Source: Styela clava
Lineage: Eukaryota
NCBI RefSeq assembly: GCF_964204865.1
Contig: NC_135252.1
Coordinates: forward strand, 12,586,001 to 12,650,000
Length of the DNA stretch: 64,000 nucleotides
Reading direction: 5' to 3'
Part shown: in pieces, positions 16,032 through 58,108 of the stretch
Position numbering within the stretch: the first letter of the stretch is position 1
Layout: the number at the start of each line of letters is the position of its first letter
The notes under the pieces: generated by a model
Database searches by the model: none
Seen by the model: only the letters and a program-made list of their open reading frames with translations
What the model was told of the DNA's origin: nothing
Position numbers and translations under genes: made by a program

Positions 16032-17045
16032 TTAAACATAATCTTTTTCATTCAAGTTCAAGAATCTGAGTGCATTCCTAAACAGCACCTTTTCCTTTGT
16101 CTCAGAATTTAAAGATTTCGTTGATTCAATCAATTTACCAGGGTGATGTTCCCCCAGGGGAAAAGGATAATCTGAGCCAAGAATTACATTATCCTCACCC
16201 ATAACATCCAATAAAAACTTTAAAGCATTAGCATCATGTACAAGACTATCTGTAAAAATATTCCCAATGTATTTACGCGGTCCAAATTTATTTTCTGTTG
16301 CACAGAGATCTGGTCTTACATTGAAACCATGTTCAATCCTTCCTAATGTATATGGAAATGACCCGCCCCCATGACCAAAACATATTTTCAACTTGGGAAA
16401 GTCTTCGAGAACGCCACCAAATAAAATACACTGTATTGCGAGTGTTGTTTCCGCGGGCATTCCCACAAGCCACGGCAACCAGTATTTCTTATACCTGCCA
16501 CCAAGTTGCATGTCCCAAGGATGAACAAATATAGCAGCATCTAATTCCTCTGCCTTTTTCCAAAATGGTCTTAATTCTTGAGCATCCAGATTCCAGTCAT
16601 TAATATGAGATCCAATTTCAAATCCACTAAATTTCAGATCTTTCATGCATCTTTCCATTTCACCAAGCGCCAGTTCAGGTGCTTGCATAGGCAATGTGCC
16701 TAGAGCAGCAAAACGCTTTGGATATTGTTTAACGGTACTAGCTAAATCATCATTGATTATTTTTGAAAAATCCAAGGTATGTTCTGGTTTGGCCCAGTAA
16801 TTGAACATCACAGGAACAGTGGATAGTGCCTGAACTGTAACACCCGTAGCATCCATGTCTTTCATTCGTTCCTCGGCTGACCAACAATTTGCATTGATTA
16901 CTCTAAATAACTCGTCATCTTTCAACATCTTTGCTGTCTTACCATCACATGTATGTTGAAGCTGAATAAAGCCTCCATACCCATATCTATCTTTCAAATT
17001 CGGCCAATCTTTTGGAAGTATATGGTTATGTATATCAATTTTCAT
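16032..17045 (-). CDS. ACMSD: 2-amino-3-carboxymuconate-6-semialdehyde decarboxylase (kynurenine pathway), intronless CDS, 337 aa
   Basis: Starts MKIDIHNHILP (HxH metal motif) and contains VQALSTVPVMF, FVHPWDM, YWLPWLVGMPAET, HGGGSFP and LGSDYPFPLGE. The real ATG is at 17045; the track ORF starts at an upstream GTG. Confidence 0.97.
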   Translation of the reverse strand: MKIDIHNHILPKDWPNLKDRYGYGGFIQLQHTCDGKTAKMLKDDELFRVINANCWSAEERMKDMDATGVTVQALSTVPVMFNYWAKPEHTLDFSKIINDDLASTVKQYPKRFAALGTLPMQAPELALGEMERCMKDLKFSGFEIGSHINDWNLDAQELRPFWKKAEELDAAIFVHPWDMQLGGRYKKYWLPWLVGMPAETTLAIQCILFGGVLEDFPKLKICFGHGGGSFPYTLGRIEHGFNVRPDLCATENKFGPRKYIGNIFTDSLVHDANALKFLLDVMGEDNVILGSDYPFPLGEHHPGKLIESTKSLNSETKEKVLFRNALRFLNLNEKDYV

Positions 17046-17085
17046 TTTGAATGCACTTGTATTCACGTTATTTTATTGAATAGTA

Positions 17086-17114
17086 CTAAAACAAAAAAGT
17101 TCATTATATTTATT
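17086..17114 (-). promoter_or_regulatory. AATAAA followed directly by a strong splice acceptor: candidate AAMP 3' end / ACMSD trans-splice site
   Basis: Minus strand reads AATAAA (17114-17109), then a T-rich tract ending gttttAG (AG at 17087-17086), 40 nt upstream of the ACMSD ATG. Confidence 0.6.
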
Positions 17115-17763
17115 ATAGATAGCAATTTGATTAGGTAAACACCATGATAAAACTGTTTTCAAAAATAGTTGAAAATATTAATTACGGTACATAATTACAC
17201 ATTACTTTAAATTCAAAATATCCGATAAACACTTGTAAAAGCCCCATTGTTTTAGCCAAAGCAACACCAATTGCAGCAGATAATTGTACTTAATTTAACA
17301 CATCATTGCAACTAAAGTTAGCAACTAGAGGACATCTGACATTCAAACCAAATATGTGTTCATTATAATGTTTCAAAGGTTACCAAATAAAATACCAATC
17401 TAAACAATTCTCATTTATAATTTTGGGCATTGACACGTGCTCTATAAATAAATACAACATAATAAATTTAAGACATCTACATCAACAATACTACACTGAA
17501 ATTATTTTTTCCAAGGTGATTTCTGCCTCTTATAGTTGTAAGGTATTTGTAAAAAAATAGAGGAAAGTTTGGAAGTAAATTATACTTTCCAAATTTGGAA
17601 ATAAGTGATTATGGTAACCGTCTTTGAATATAAATTGATTTTTAAAACTTCTCTATTAAAAGTGAAATATTTTAGTAAACATTCACGATTATTATTTCTC
17701 TCAAAATATTATTCATTTTTGCATATGAACTTAATGTTTCCTAATCTTATCATTGCTTAAATT

Positions 17764-19002
17764 TTACTTTGCTTTGAACACCCTCACAGTTCCATCTTCA
17801 GAAGAAGAAATTAATTTTTCACCATTAGGTGAGATTTTAATATCATAAATATGTCCTTTGTGACCAGTAAATGTATCGATGAGTTGACCAGTTCGTGCAT
17901 CCCATGATCTGCACTTGTTATCTAAACAACCAGTATATACAACAAAGCCACCTCGACTTGATGGTTCCCAACATAATTTTGTGACGCCTTGTTCGTGTTT
18001 ACAAGAATGCCTTAATAGTCCAGTTTTATAATCCCATATATGAAGAAACCCATTCAAACATCCTGTAGCTAATAGATGTAATTTTGGAGAAAATGCAACG
18101 CATTCAACACTTTCAATATCGCTTTCTTCATCAATATTTTCCTTGTTTTCAGTTTTATTATTATTACAATTATAAGTAGCTGAAACTTTTCCTGTACTTG
18201 TGCTACTCAATTTACATGTTCCATCTACTGAAGCAGTGCCGATTAGAGTTCCATCTGCGCTGATGTTAAGGTCTGATATTCCAGCGGTATGCGCATCTTT
18301 ACCCTTGGTGTTAAAAATAATATTTGTTGTTTTTAAATCTATTCCTTTCACAGTGCCATCCCCGTATCCAATCACAGCTGTTTTACCATCTGGTAAAAAA
18401 CAACCAGATGTGGTCGATACACCATGGCTGGCAAACGTTTTACAATTATCTTTAGGAATTTGCCACATCCAACATTGACCATCATTTGTACCAGCTAAAA
18501 GTATTGGAGCGACGGGATGCCATTTAATCCACTCCAAATCGGAAGTTTCAAATTTCCATATTGAAGATTTAGATGCGATACTCCAAACTTGTATCACACC
18601 ACTCATATCTCCTGTAGCAAGAAGTGACGAATCTGCATTAAATTGAGCACAAGTTACACTGTCTTTATGGTCAACACACGTAAATAAAATTTCACCAGCG
18701 TCCAACGTCCATACATATGCAATTTCATCTTCACCACCGCTAACCACAATAGAACTGCTTTTATCTACATCAACAACAAAAACTGGCTCGTTATGTTTTT
18801 TGAATATCACCACACATTTTTCATCAATATTTTCCTCACTGTCATCATTATCATCGTCGTCATAATCAACGTCCGCATCATAATCATCTAGGGTTGTCTC
18901 TTCGATTCCATCCGCAAGAACTTCTTCATTGTTGTCTCCTAATGTTACTTCTTCAAGTACATCCTCAGCATATATAATGTCATCATTATTGTCATCATCC
19001 AT
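17764..19002 (-). CDS. AAMP: Angio-associated migratory cell protein (Sqt1-like WD40 uL16 chaperone), intronless CDS, 412 aa
   Basis: Acidic N-terminus followed by WD40 repeats with AAMP-typical segments: SGGEDEIAYVW, HKDSVTCAQFN, LATGDMSGVIQVW, DLEWIKWHP, WMWQIP, GYGDGTV, IESVECVAFS, WDARTG. Confidence 0.9.
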   Translation of the reverse strand: MDDDNNDDIIYAEDVLEEVTLGDNNEEVLADGIEETTLDDYDADVDYDDDDNDDSEENIDEKCVVIFKKHNEPVFVVDVDKSSSIVVSGGEDEIAYVWTLDAGEILFTCVDHKDSVTCAQFNADSSLLATGDMSGVIQVWSIASKSSIWKFETSDLEWIKWHPVAPILLAGTNDGQCWMWQIPKDNCKTFASHGVSTTSGCFLPDGKTAVIGYGDGTVKGIDLKTTNIIFNTKGKDAHTAGISDLNISADGTLIGTASVDGTCKLSSTSTGKVSATYNCNNNKTENKENIDEESDIESVECVAFSPKLHLLATGCLNGFLHIWDYKTGLLRHSCKHEQGVTKLCWEPSSRGGFVVYTGCLDNKCRSWDARTGQLIDTFTGHKGHIYDIKISPNGEKLISSSEDGTVRVFKAK

Positions 19003-19382
19003 ATTCTGATATTATTAAAAATGAAGAATGAATTTACGTAAAATTCGCTGCTACCCTAGGCCCTAAAAAGTAGAAAAAATAACATGTAATAACGTATCAT
19101 CCTATCATGACTTCATTTTTATCGAATACCATATTGCTCAGAAGTTTATGAAAGGTACTAAATATCAGCACCTGCAGACGAAGCCTAATACTCTAATCCT
19201 ATATGCAAAAATTCATGCTAACACAGGAATAGCCTAGATCAGTAAAAATGTGAACTTGGACACATTGAACATTCAAATGCTGATTAATATTATTTTACCT
19301 ATGCATCTGAAATGGTTAGTAATTTCAAAATTTATCAGTGCACTTTCAATTTTTACCAAGCTTTGCTTTATATTCATTCCTG

Positions 19383-19490
19383 GGAGCTCCCAAAGTATGT
19401 GCACCAAGATGGCGCATAACCTGAATCTAACCTGGTACACATACTATGCTCAGGTTGTGCACCATCTTGGTGCACATACTTCGGAAGCAC
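19383..19490. mobile_element. ~100-bp hairpin MITE, same family as 41462-41563
   Basis: Inverted arms aagtatgtgcaccaagatggcgcataacctga ... tcaggttgtgcaccatcttggtgcacatactt. Confidence 0.8.
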
Positions 19491-20869
19491 CCATTCCTGT
19501 TTCTTATCACCTTTGACGTCAGACGGTCAGAATGTGCCAAACCAACTACCAAAAAGTGATAAATATTAAGAACTGGTAAAATGCACAATTTTTCAAATAT
19601 TCGTATTGGTGTGCAAGTGCTGGCAAGATATATACATGTGATCACATGGTTTGAAACTTATCTTGGGTCTGTAGATGTTGTCTGATGTAAGTAGCAACAT
19701 ATTATTGACAATGATCTTGAAGCTACTACTGGCAGTCTAAAAAATTATTTCTCTGTACTCTTGTATGAATGAGTTTATTTTGACTCTATAATAATTATAC
19801 ATGTGTGACAGAAGATAAATCTGTATGTTAAAAAAAATACTGAAATAATTGATGGAAACAAATACAGAAATATGTCAAATCTGATTATAGAATCAGAAGA
19901 CAAAAAATACCTCATGCAGACATGTTAGTAAATTACAAAAGTAAGGTCTAAAAACATGCAAAATTTAGGTCGAAAATAAAAATGATGAACCATTGGATCT
20001 TCATTAAAGGACTACAAATGTTGGGGTTTTCAAGCAAAATACAAACAAATGGTCAACTCAGAGTCAGAACAATCAAATTTTGGTATCAGCTTGTATGCGT
20101 GTTCTGGTGTTTGTTTGTTTTGTTGTGTTTATTTTGCATTCTTTTTAATCACATGTAAGTATTGCCCAAATGTGTTTATTTGGCTGAAAAGCATGTGTCT
20201 GACACACCATCAACTTTATTGTCATTTTTTTAAACTTGTATGTGTGACTCACTTTTTCCCATCAAACGCCCGAGGAGCCCTTTACTGCTGCTCATCGAGT
20301 CTGTTTATTATTTATAAATATATTATTTGTGTTACTTTTGGTGAAAGAGCACGTGTATTGCGCTTATAACAGTATAAACTTTATTCATACGTTTTGCTCG
20401 TTTTTCGGGCATTTATGTTATATGTTTTGTTTGTTTCATCGAGTTGTGTGTTTTCAGAATGCCGAAATAAATTGTATTTTATATAATAAAATAAGAAAAA
20501 CAGGATAAACCGAAGAAAAATTACATAGTAAGGAAAAAACAAAAAATGAATAAATAAATAAGAATCACTTGTCATACCAGCATACCGTACGGTAGTTACT
20601 GTCATATTACTGTATTAATATTTTTAACAGTCGCCAAATATCAGATATGATTTGGTAAACAAGAGCGTACAATGAAAAAAATAATTAACGTTATTGAAAA
20701 GATATCGCCAACTGATAATGATTGGAGTCGAATGCCAAATTGTCATTGTTACTAACCATATTCTGATATTAAATTAAAACACTGCCAAACTATTTGAGCC
20801 TCCGTTTATGCCGCCAGACAGCCAGACTTTAGGCAGCAAAGTAACTATATTCACTTAGTTAGGCAGAAC

Positions 20870-21685
20870 CAGGGCTGCCACTTTTGCCTGACTAAAAACA
20901 TCTAGATTGACCCCAAAAATCATCTAGAAAATACATTTCAGCATTTAGATTTAAAGTCAATAAATTTAATGAAAGTAAACGAAACAAGAGCATATAGCGT
21001 TTATTATATTACAGTAGGCTATTACATGATATATTATTCAACAGCACTTAAATAACTTTATAATTTTAAAATCAATTTAGATTTAATGTCAATAAATTTA
21101 ATGAAAGTAAACGAAACAAGAGCATATAGAGTTTATTATATTACAGTATTACAGTATTACATGATATATTATTCAACAGCACTTAAATAACTTTATAATT
21201 TTAAAATCCTGGAGTAAGCAACTTGAACTACACAAAGTATTCTCACCAATCTGCCACTTGGCAACAATCAGACAATACGGTACCGGTACCGTACGGTACA
21301 AAGCACCGACTCATCGGACCAGAGTTGTTCTTTCTATTTAATTAAAAAGTCACTTGTTCCAAACCTGTTTAATTCGTTATTCGAATAATTTAATTACATA
21401 TGGAACCGGTAGATAATTACAATATAGGCCCAAATGAGTTTTATCAATCCTACATCAATAAATTTAATTTACTTCTAAGTAATGAAATAATATTCATTCC
21501 CATATTACAGTATTCTGGTATTATACACACCCCTTTTTTCATTTCCAACTGGATCGTTGAAAAAAAATAAATATAGATTTTATAGCTAACATCTAGACTC
21601 AAATTTTACATCTAGATCTCGAAAAAAACACATAGATCTAGGCTAGCTATAAAACATCTAAGTTAGAGTCTGAGAGTGGCAGAAC
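20870..21685. mobile_element. hAT (Tip100-like) non-autonomous element, ~815 bp
   Basis: Left end cagggctgccact preceded by ggcagaac; right end agtggcagaac (TIR and TSD appear collapsed); subterminal atctaga repeats at both ends. Confidence 0.6.
20943..21208. repeat. Near-perfect tandem duplication, period 132 bp
   Basis: atttagattta..gtcaataaatttaatgaaagtaaacgaaacaagagcatatag...ataattttaaaatc at 20943-21073 and 21075-21208. Confidence 0.95.
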
Positions 21686-21714
21686 CTTTAAAGTAAAATA
21701 CGGTACCGGTACCT

Positions 21715-21860
21715 ACGACGATTTCCCGCCGCTTCACATGGCGCAAAAAAGTGCTGCGAGCTGTCCGATTCGGTTACCCGGATTTTCAGACGGATTTTCT
21801 TCATCTCTAATTTAAAATAGCGCCTGGTGTGGTAGTAAGCGTCTGAGACGATTCTTTGAA
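21715..21860. promoter_or_regulatory. CpG-rich candidate promoter with E2F-like and YY1-like motifs
   Basis: TTTCCCGCC at 21722-21730 and ACATGGCGCAAAA just after it, in a locally GC/CpG-rich patch between the Gli 3' end and AAMP. Confidence 0.35.
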
Positions 21861-22562
21861 TTTGACAGTCACCAACTAATTGAAGAAACTTCGGTAAATA
21901 AACAAGAATGCAAACCTAAATAAATTAACATGTATATTGACAGCGGTCATTACTCAAAGCGTTTTTTACCTGGTCCTATCGGGTATTTGGAGATAGTACC
22001 CAAACATTCTTTCCAGATGTATCGACTCGATGGTGAAGAAAACCGCACGTGACCAGTGGTTTCGTGGACCATCGTACACCGACGAAAACTCCACTTGGTA
22101 CATATTGTTGGGCACACGTTTGCCAAACCACACGAACAAAACAAAAAAGTCATCATACAGTTAGGTTTAGGAATGACTTGACTTTTTACAAAAGATACTT
22201 TTACAAAAAGTATCTCACGTGAACACTGGTTGGCTACTTACTACTTCTTCGCTGTCCAAGTTTGCGCGGCTAAAAGTATCAAACTTAACTATTGAGTTCT
22301 CCCAACATATATATGCCACATACAAGTAGCCTGCCGAAAGGCGACTTACGTACTTGTCATCCACTACATTGAGTTTATTGACTACTTTCTCCCCTCCAAT
22401 AATTATGGGAATCATATCCAATTAATTACACATCTACACATTGTTTCACTCAAGTAGTTTTCGGCTGAAATCTATTTCTAGTTCAAATTACCAAAGAGGT
22501 TGTCACACAGGAGGCAGTGATTGGACCCATGTTAAGCATTAGACGTTTATGTTAGTCTATAC

Positions 22563-22848
22563 TAGAGATCTACCAATATCACTTGTGTCGCCGATATCAA
22601 CGAAAAACGCCGATAATGATATTTTAAATTGCCGATATGGATAATATGTAATTATTGTCAACCTAGGGTTAATTTATTCTATGTCTTAGGTGACAATTTG
22701 AATAACAGATATTTCAGTACATGAAAAATCGATATTTATGATTCAGATGCATAAATGGCGTCTCGCAAGGCTCACTTCTGCCGTTCTTTGAAATACTTGA
22801 TTTAATTGCATGGTAAATTGTCGATACCCGATACCCATATATCTACTA
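22563..22848. mobile_element. hAT-type MITE (TAG...CTA ends)
   Basis: 8-bp TSD gtctatac (22555-22562, 22849-22856); subterminal ccgata repeats. Confidence 0.75.
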
Positions 22849-23121
22849 GTCTATACCAGTTGAGAAAAACAATTAGTAACAGTGACGACGCTGGCCATCT
22901 GCATCTGGCCAAATTGTAATTTTCCACTTGCGAGTAAGCTAATTCTTCTACCAATAAGCAAAATTATTATGTAAATGGGGTCACATTTGTCTCTGAGAAA
23001 TAATGTATATTTACGCATGAATCTAACAATCTTTATTCGTTTATGTCTAAAGTAGACCGAAGTGTCTAAACTCTAACGTTTGCAAGCCAATTCATACCAA
23101 ATCGGAAATTGTGTTGATGGC

Positions 23122-23127
23122 TTTATT
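23122..23127 (-). terminator. Candidate Gli polyadenylation signal (3' UTR ~1.35 kb)
   Basis: AATAAA on the minus strand at the end of a U-rich tract; a second one at 23032-23037. Confidence 0.4.
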
Positions 23128-24476
23128 CAGTGGCAGTACAAAAGACAGAAGTTAGAAACAAATAATATTACGAAAATAATACAATATATACAGCAGCAGA
23201 AAACAATGAAACTTATGACACAGGCCTAAAATTTGTCAAAAAGGGCAAAAATTCATAGCCTTCAATAAAATAGTAAACATGAACATCGAGATAAAAATGT
23301 CGAGATATCTATATAGAGTGTGGGTTTTCAATATTGCAACGGACACAATATCACTACCCAGTTCCATTATACCAATTTCAATTACCATATCATTGCGCAT
23401 GTAACAAACTGATAAAAATAGGATTTTGTCTCTGCAATATCATTTAAACAATATGCTTAAATTTCACAAATGAAGGCAAGTCATTCATTTCAGACGATAA
23501 AGTGAAAATAACAAGGACTTTAAAAAGTATAGAACTGACAGGTAAATCAAAGGATGTATTATAACTAAAAATTGGCAGGCGGAAAATTCATGAGAACTTA
23601 AATGTTTGATTGAGTATTGTCAAAAATATAGTTTGGCAGTGACAATATGAAGTAACATAAAAAGAAGTGACAGCAGCGGTTCCGTTAACTGGAATGAAAA
23701 TTAAAACGTACCAACTACGCATTCTATTTTATATGAAAAAGCAGCTCAGAGAAAAGAATTCATTAATTAAACAAAAAGTTTTTGTAAAGCTGTAACATGA
23801 ACAATAAGCAGTGCAGTGATCGGGAAAGTAGCAATGTCACATACAATGTACTGGACAAAAAGAGTTATATTTGGTACAATATATTTTAATGTTGGCCCTT
23901 TTAAACGCTAATCGTGATTCGCAAACTATGAAATTTCATTTAAAGAATTTATGATATCACTCGGCATGAATCCAATCGATATATTACTTTTTCGGAACTG
24001 CCTGAACCATGAATACAGTGGCTTTTAACCTTCGGACAGTAAGTCTCAAATTAGCTTTATTATTTATACCGAAAGACTTCTTCTAACAAATTATGCAAAT
24101 CATGAGACATAGTTGTATATTAAGATTCCTAGCTATAGCTATAACAATGCCGGGAATAATCATAACATATTTGATAAACATTTATATAAATTACCTTTGA
24201 AATGTAAGAAAGACCGGTAAGATTGAACAATTGACCATACAAATTTCACTAGGAAACCCTATTCAGAAAAACAAGGTTAGTATTTATGATTGCTTCCTTA
24301 CTTTGACAATTGTTTAGGCACATACTCACCCGATCATTACATCTGCGTTTAAAAAACTTTAAAAATTGTAAGGTTAAAATGGATTAAATATCAGGTCCTG
24401 TTAAGTAGAATGTTGAAATATTTCCGGAAGTGCGTGAGAGTAAGCCATTGAGACAACTTTCAGAAAAATAATTATT

Positions 24477-56304
<31,828 letters not shown>

Positions 56305-58060
56305 ATCACGAAGTTAATTTTTGACAAAACCATCTCACACCTGAAGCATCGGTTTAGAAATTACAAATAGCCTACTCAAATAGATATTTTGCCTACTGCA
56401 ACCTGACAATACCCAATAATGTAAGCAGTGTAAACAGTACAACACCAAGACTTGAACTTGATAAAATACCACGTTGTCCGCTTTTTTCAGTACAGCAGTA
56501 AGCATAGGCTATTGCAGAAATAATCTTGCTGACCTGGAACTGGGCAGATCATAAGTTGAAGGGCCGAGCATTAAAAGCAGATTATCTACCTTGTGATTGA
56601 ATATGGGACATAGTGTAAAAGATTTTAACGAGTAAGCAATTATCTACTTCTTAGGGATGTATATAAGCTCTATTGACGGGCTGACGTAAACCGTGAATCA
56701 CCCATGACAATAATTAAATAAAATTGAAATGTTTGCTTTGATGCAACAAACCACACGATCATAATAGTCAAAAAGAACTAATTATTAGTATTCTATAGAA
56801 CGTGGTCCAGCATTTAAATGATTGGACTGATAAAAAGATTAATTTTGAAAGCATGACATTATTACTTTGATAACACAATATTGTGCTAAACACCACACCA
56901 TATTATGATTTAATTAGATTTTGCAACTCTGCCAAAAAAGAACGGCATCACCCAACCTGCATTATACAGAAACTTTTTTGTCCGGGTAACTTCAAACAAG
57001 CGGATTTCGAAATTTAATACTTTTCAGGGTTGAGGTCAGTTAGGTCACGTAATTAAATTTTACAACTTGAAATGACTGGAACTGTACAAAATATAATCCG
57101 CTCCGAACAGACAACGGCGCATATCCGGCCCTTCGAAAATAGTACGTTAGTTTTAGTTCACGGACACAACTGAAGAAAGAAGACTTCTTCCGAGATTTTA
57201 TATAAAATCGTAAAAATCATTACAGTATTTGGAATAGCAATAGCAAAGATGAAAAATACTCTCAAAATGTGTTTTCAGTTTTGTATTTTGTTAATTTAGT
57301 ATGTTATTTTTTACTGAATGGGAAAAAATGAACTTGACTATGACTACTATGACTCATCGGTGGCGCAAGCGACATAATAAAGTCACAGCGATTGTAGATT
57401 TAAAAACAAATGAAATAGCTTATAATAGCATAATACATCTACACTAAATGCTTGAAGTCAAAGTTAATCTATAATAAATATTTTTAGATACATGCCTTAG
57501 TATAAATCTCTAGCAAAACCATTCTTTCTGGACTACATTGATTTTAAATGTCTAACAATTGTCTCTCGAGCAATGAGGTTAATTACAGCTTACAGCGTCG
57601 TGATTGACTTTTTTTGATTGTCGAATACCGCAACAATTCCTTATGTAAAACTATAAACTATCTGCACAACTTATCGCAGGTGCCCAGAAGCGATAAATCG
57701 TCTTTGTAACTCAACAATATAGATTCTTTTGGCAGAGCAAAAGGCGGAAAACTAATGTCTATAACTAAATAAACCAAGCATAGCGGAAAGCGATAGACTG
57801 TAACGGTAACTTGATATGAGAGCATGCTCGGCGACACCGAGCTCCATAAAGAAAATTTCTCGCACATTTGTCGACGCCTGTATCTATCTGTTTCCATAGA
57901 ACATTAATTAAATTTCATATTTATACGATAGAATTAAATTAATGTAATCGTGATTCGAGATGTTTCATAACATTTGACGCATTCGTCTGAAGATAGGAAT
58001 ATAACAAGAATCATAAATATGATGCAATTGCATCGAAAATAAACCAATCCCTTCACTCAC

Positions 58061-58108
58061 TTAAGTTATTATTTTTACAATATTAATGATGGTTCCAGTC
58101 CAAGCAAT
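58061..58108 (-). other. Candidate 48-nt non-coding 5' UTR exon of Gli
   Basis: Acceptor atttttAG and consensus donor GTGAGT flank a segment with no ATG. Confidence 0.4.

Noticed and set aside
17046-17066. MNTSAFK extension of ACMSD
   Set aside because: It starts at GTG; the conserved MKIDIH start is at 17045.
20943-21208. Direct repeats as a CRISPR-like array (also 30673-30957)
   Set aside because: Only two long units, no spacers, and a eukaryotic context.
21894-22421. Possible small gene between Gli and AAMP (donor ~21894, acceptor ~22015, short ORFs on both strands)
   Set aside because: No recognisable protein in the frames checked; cannot be supported without transcript data.
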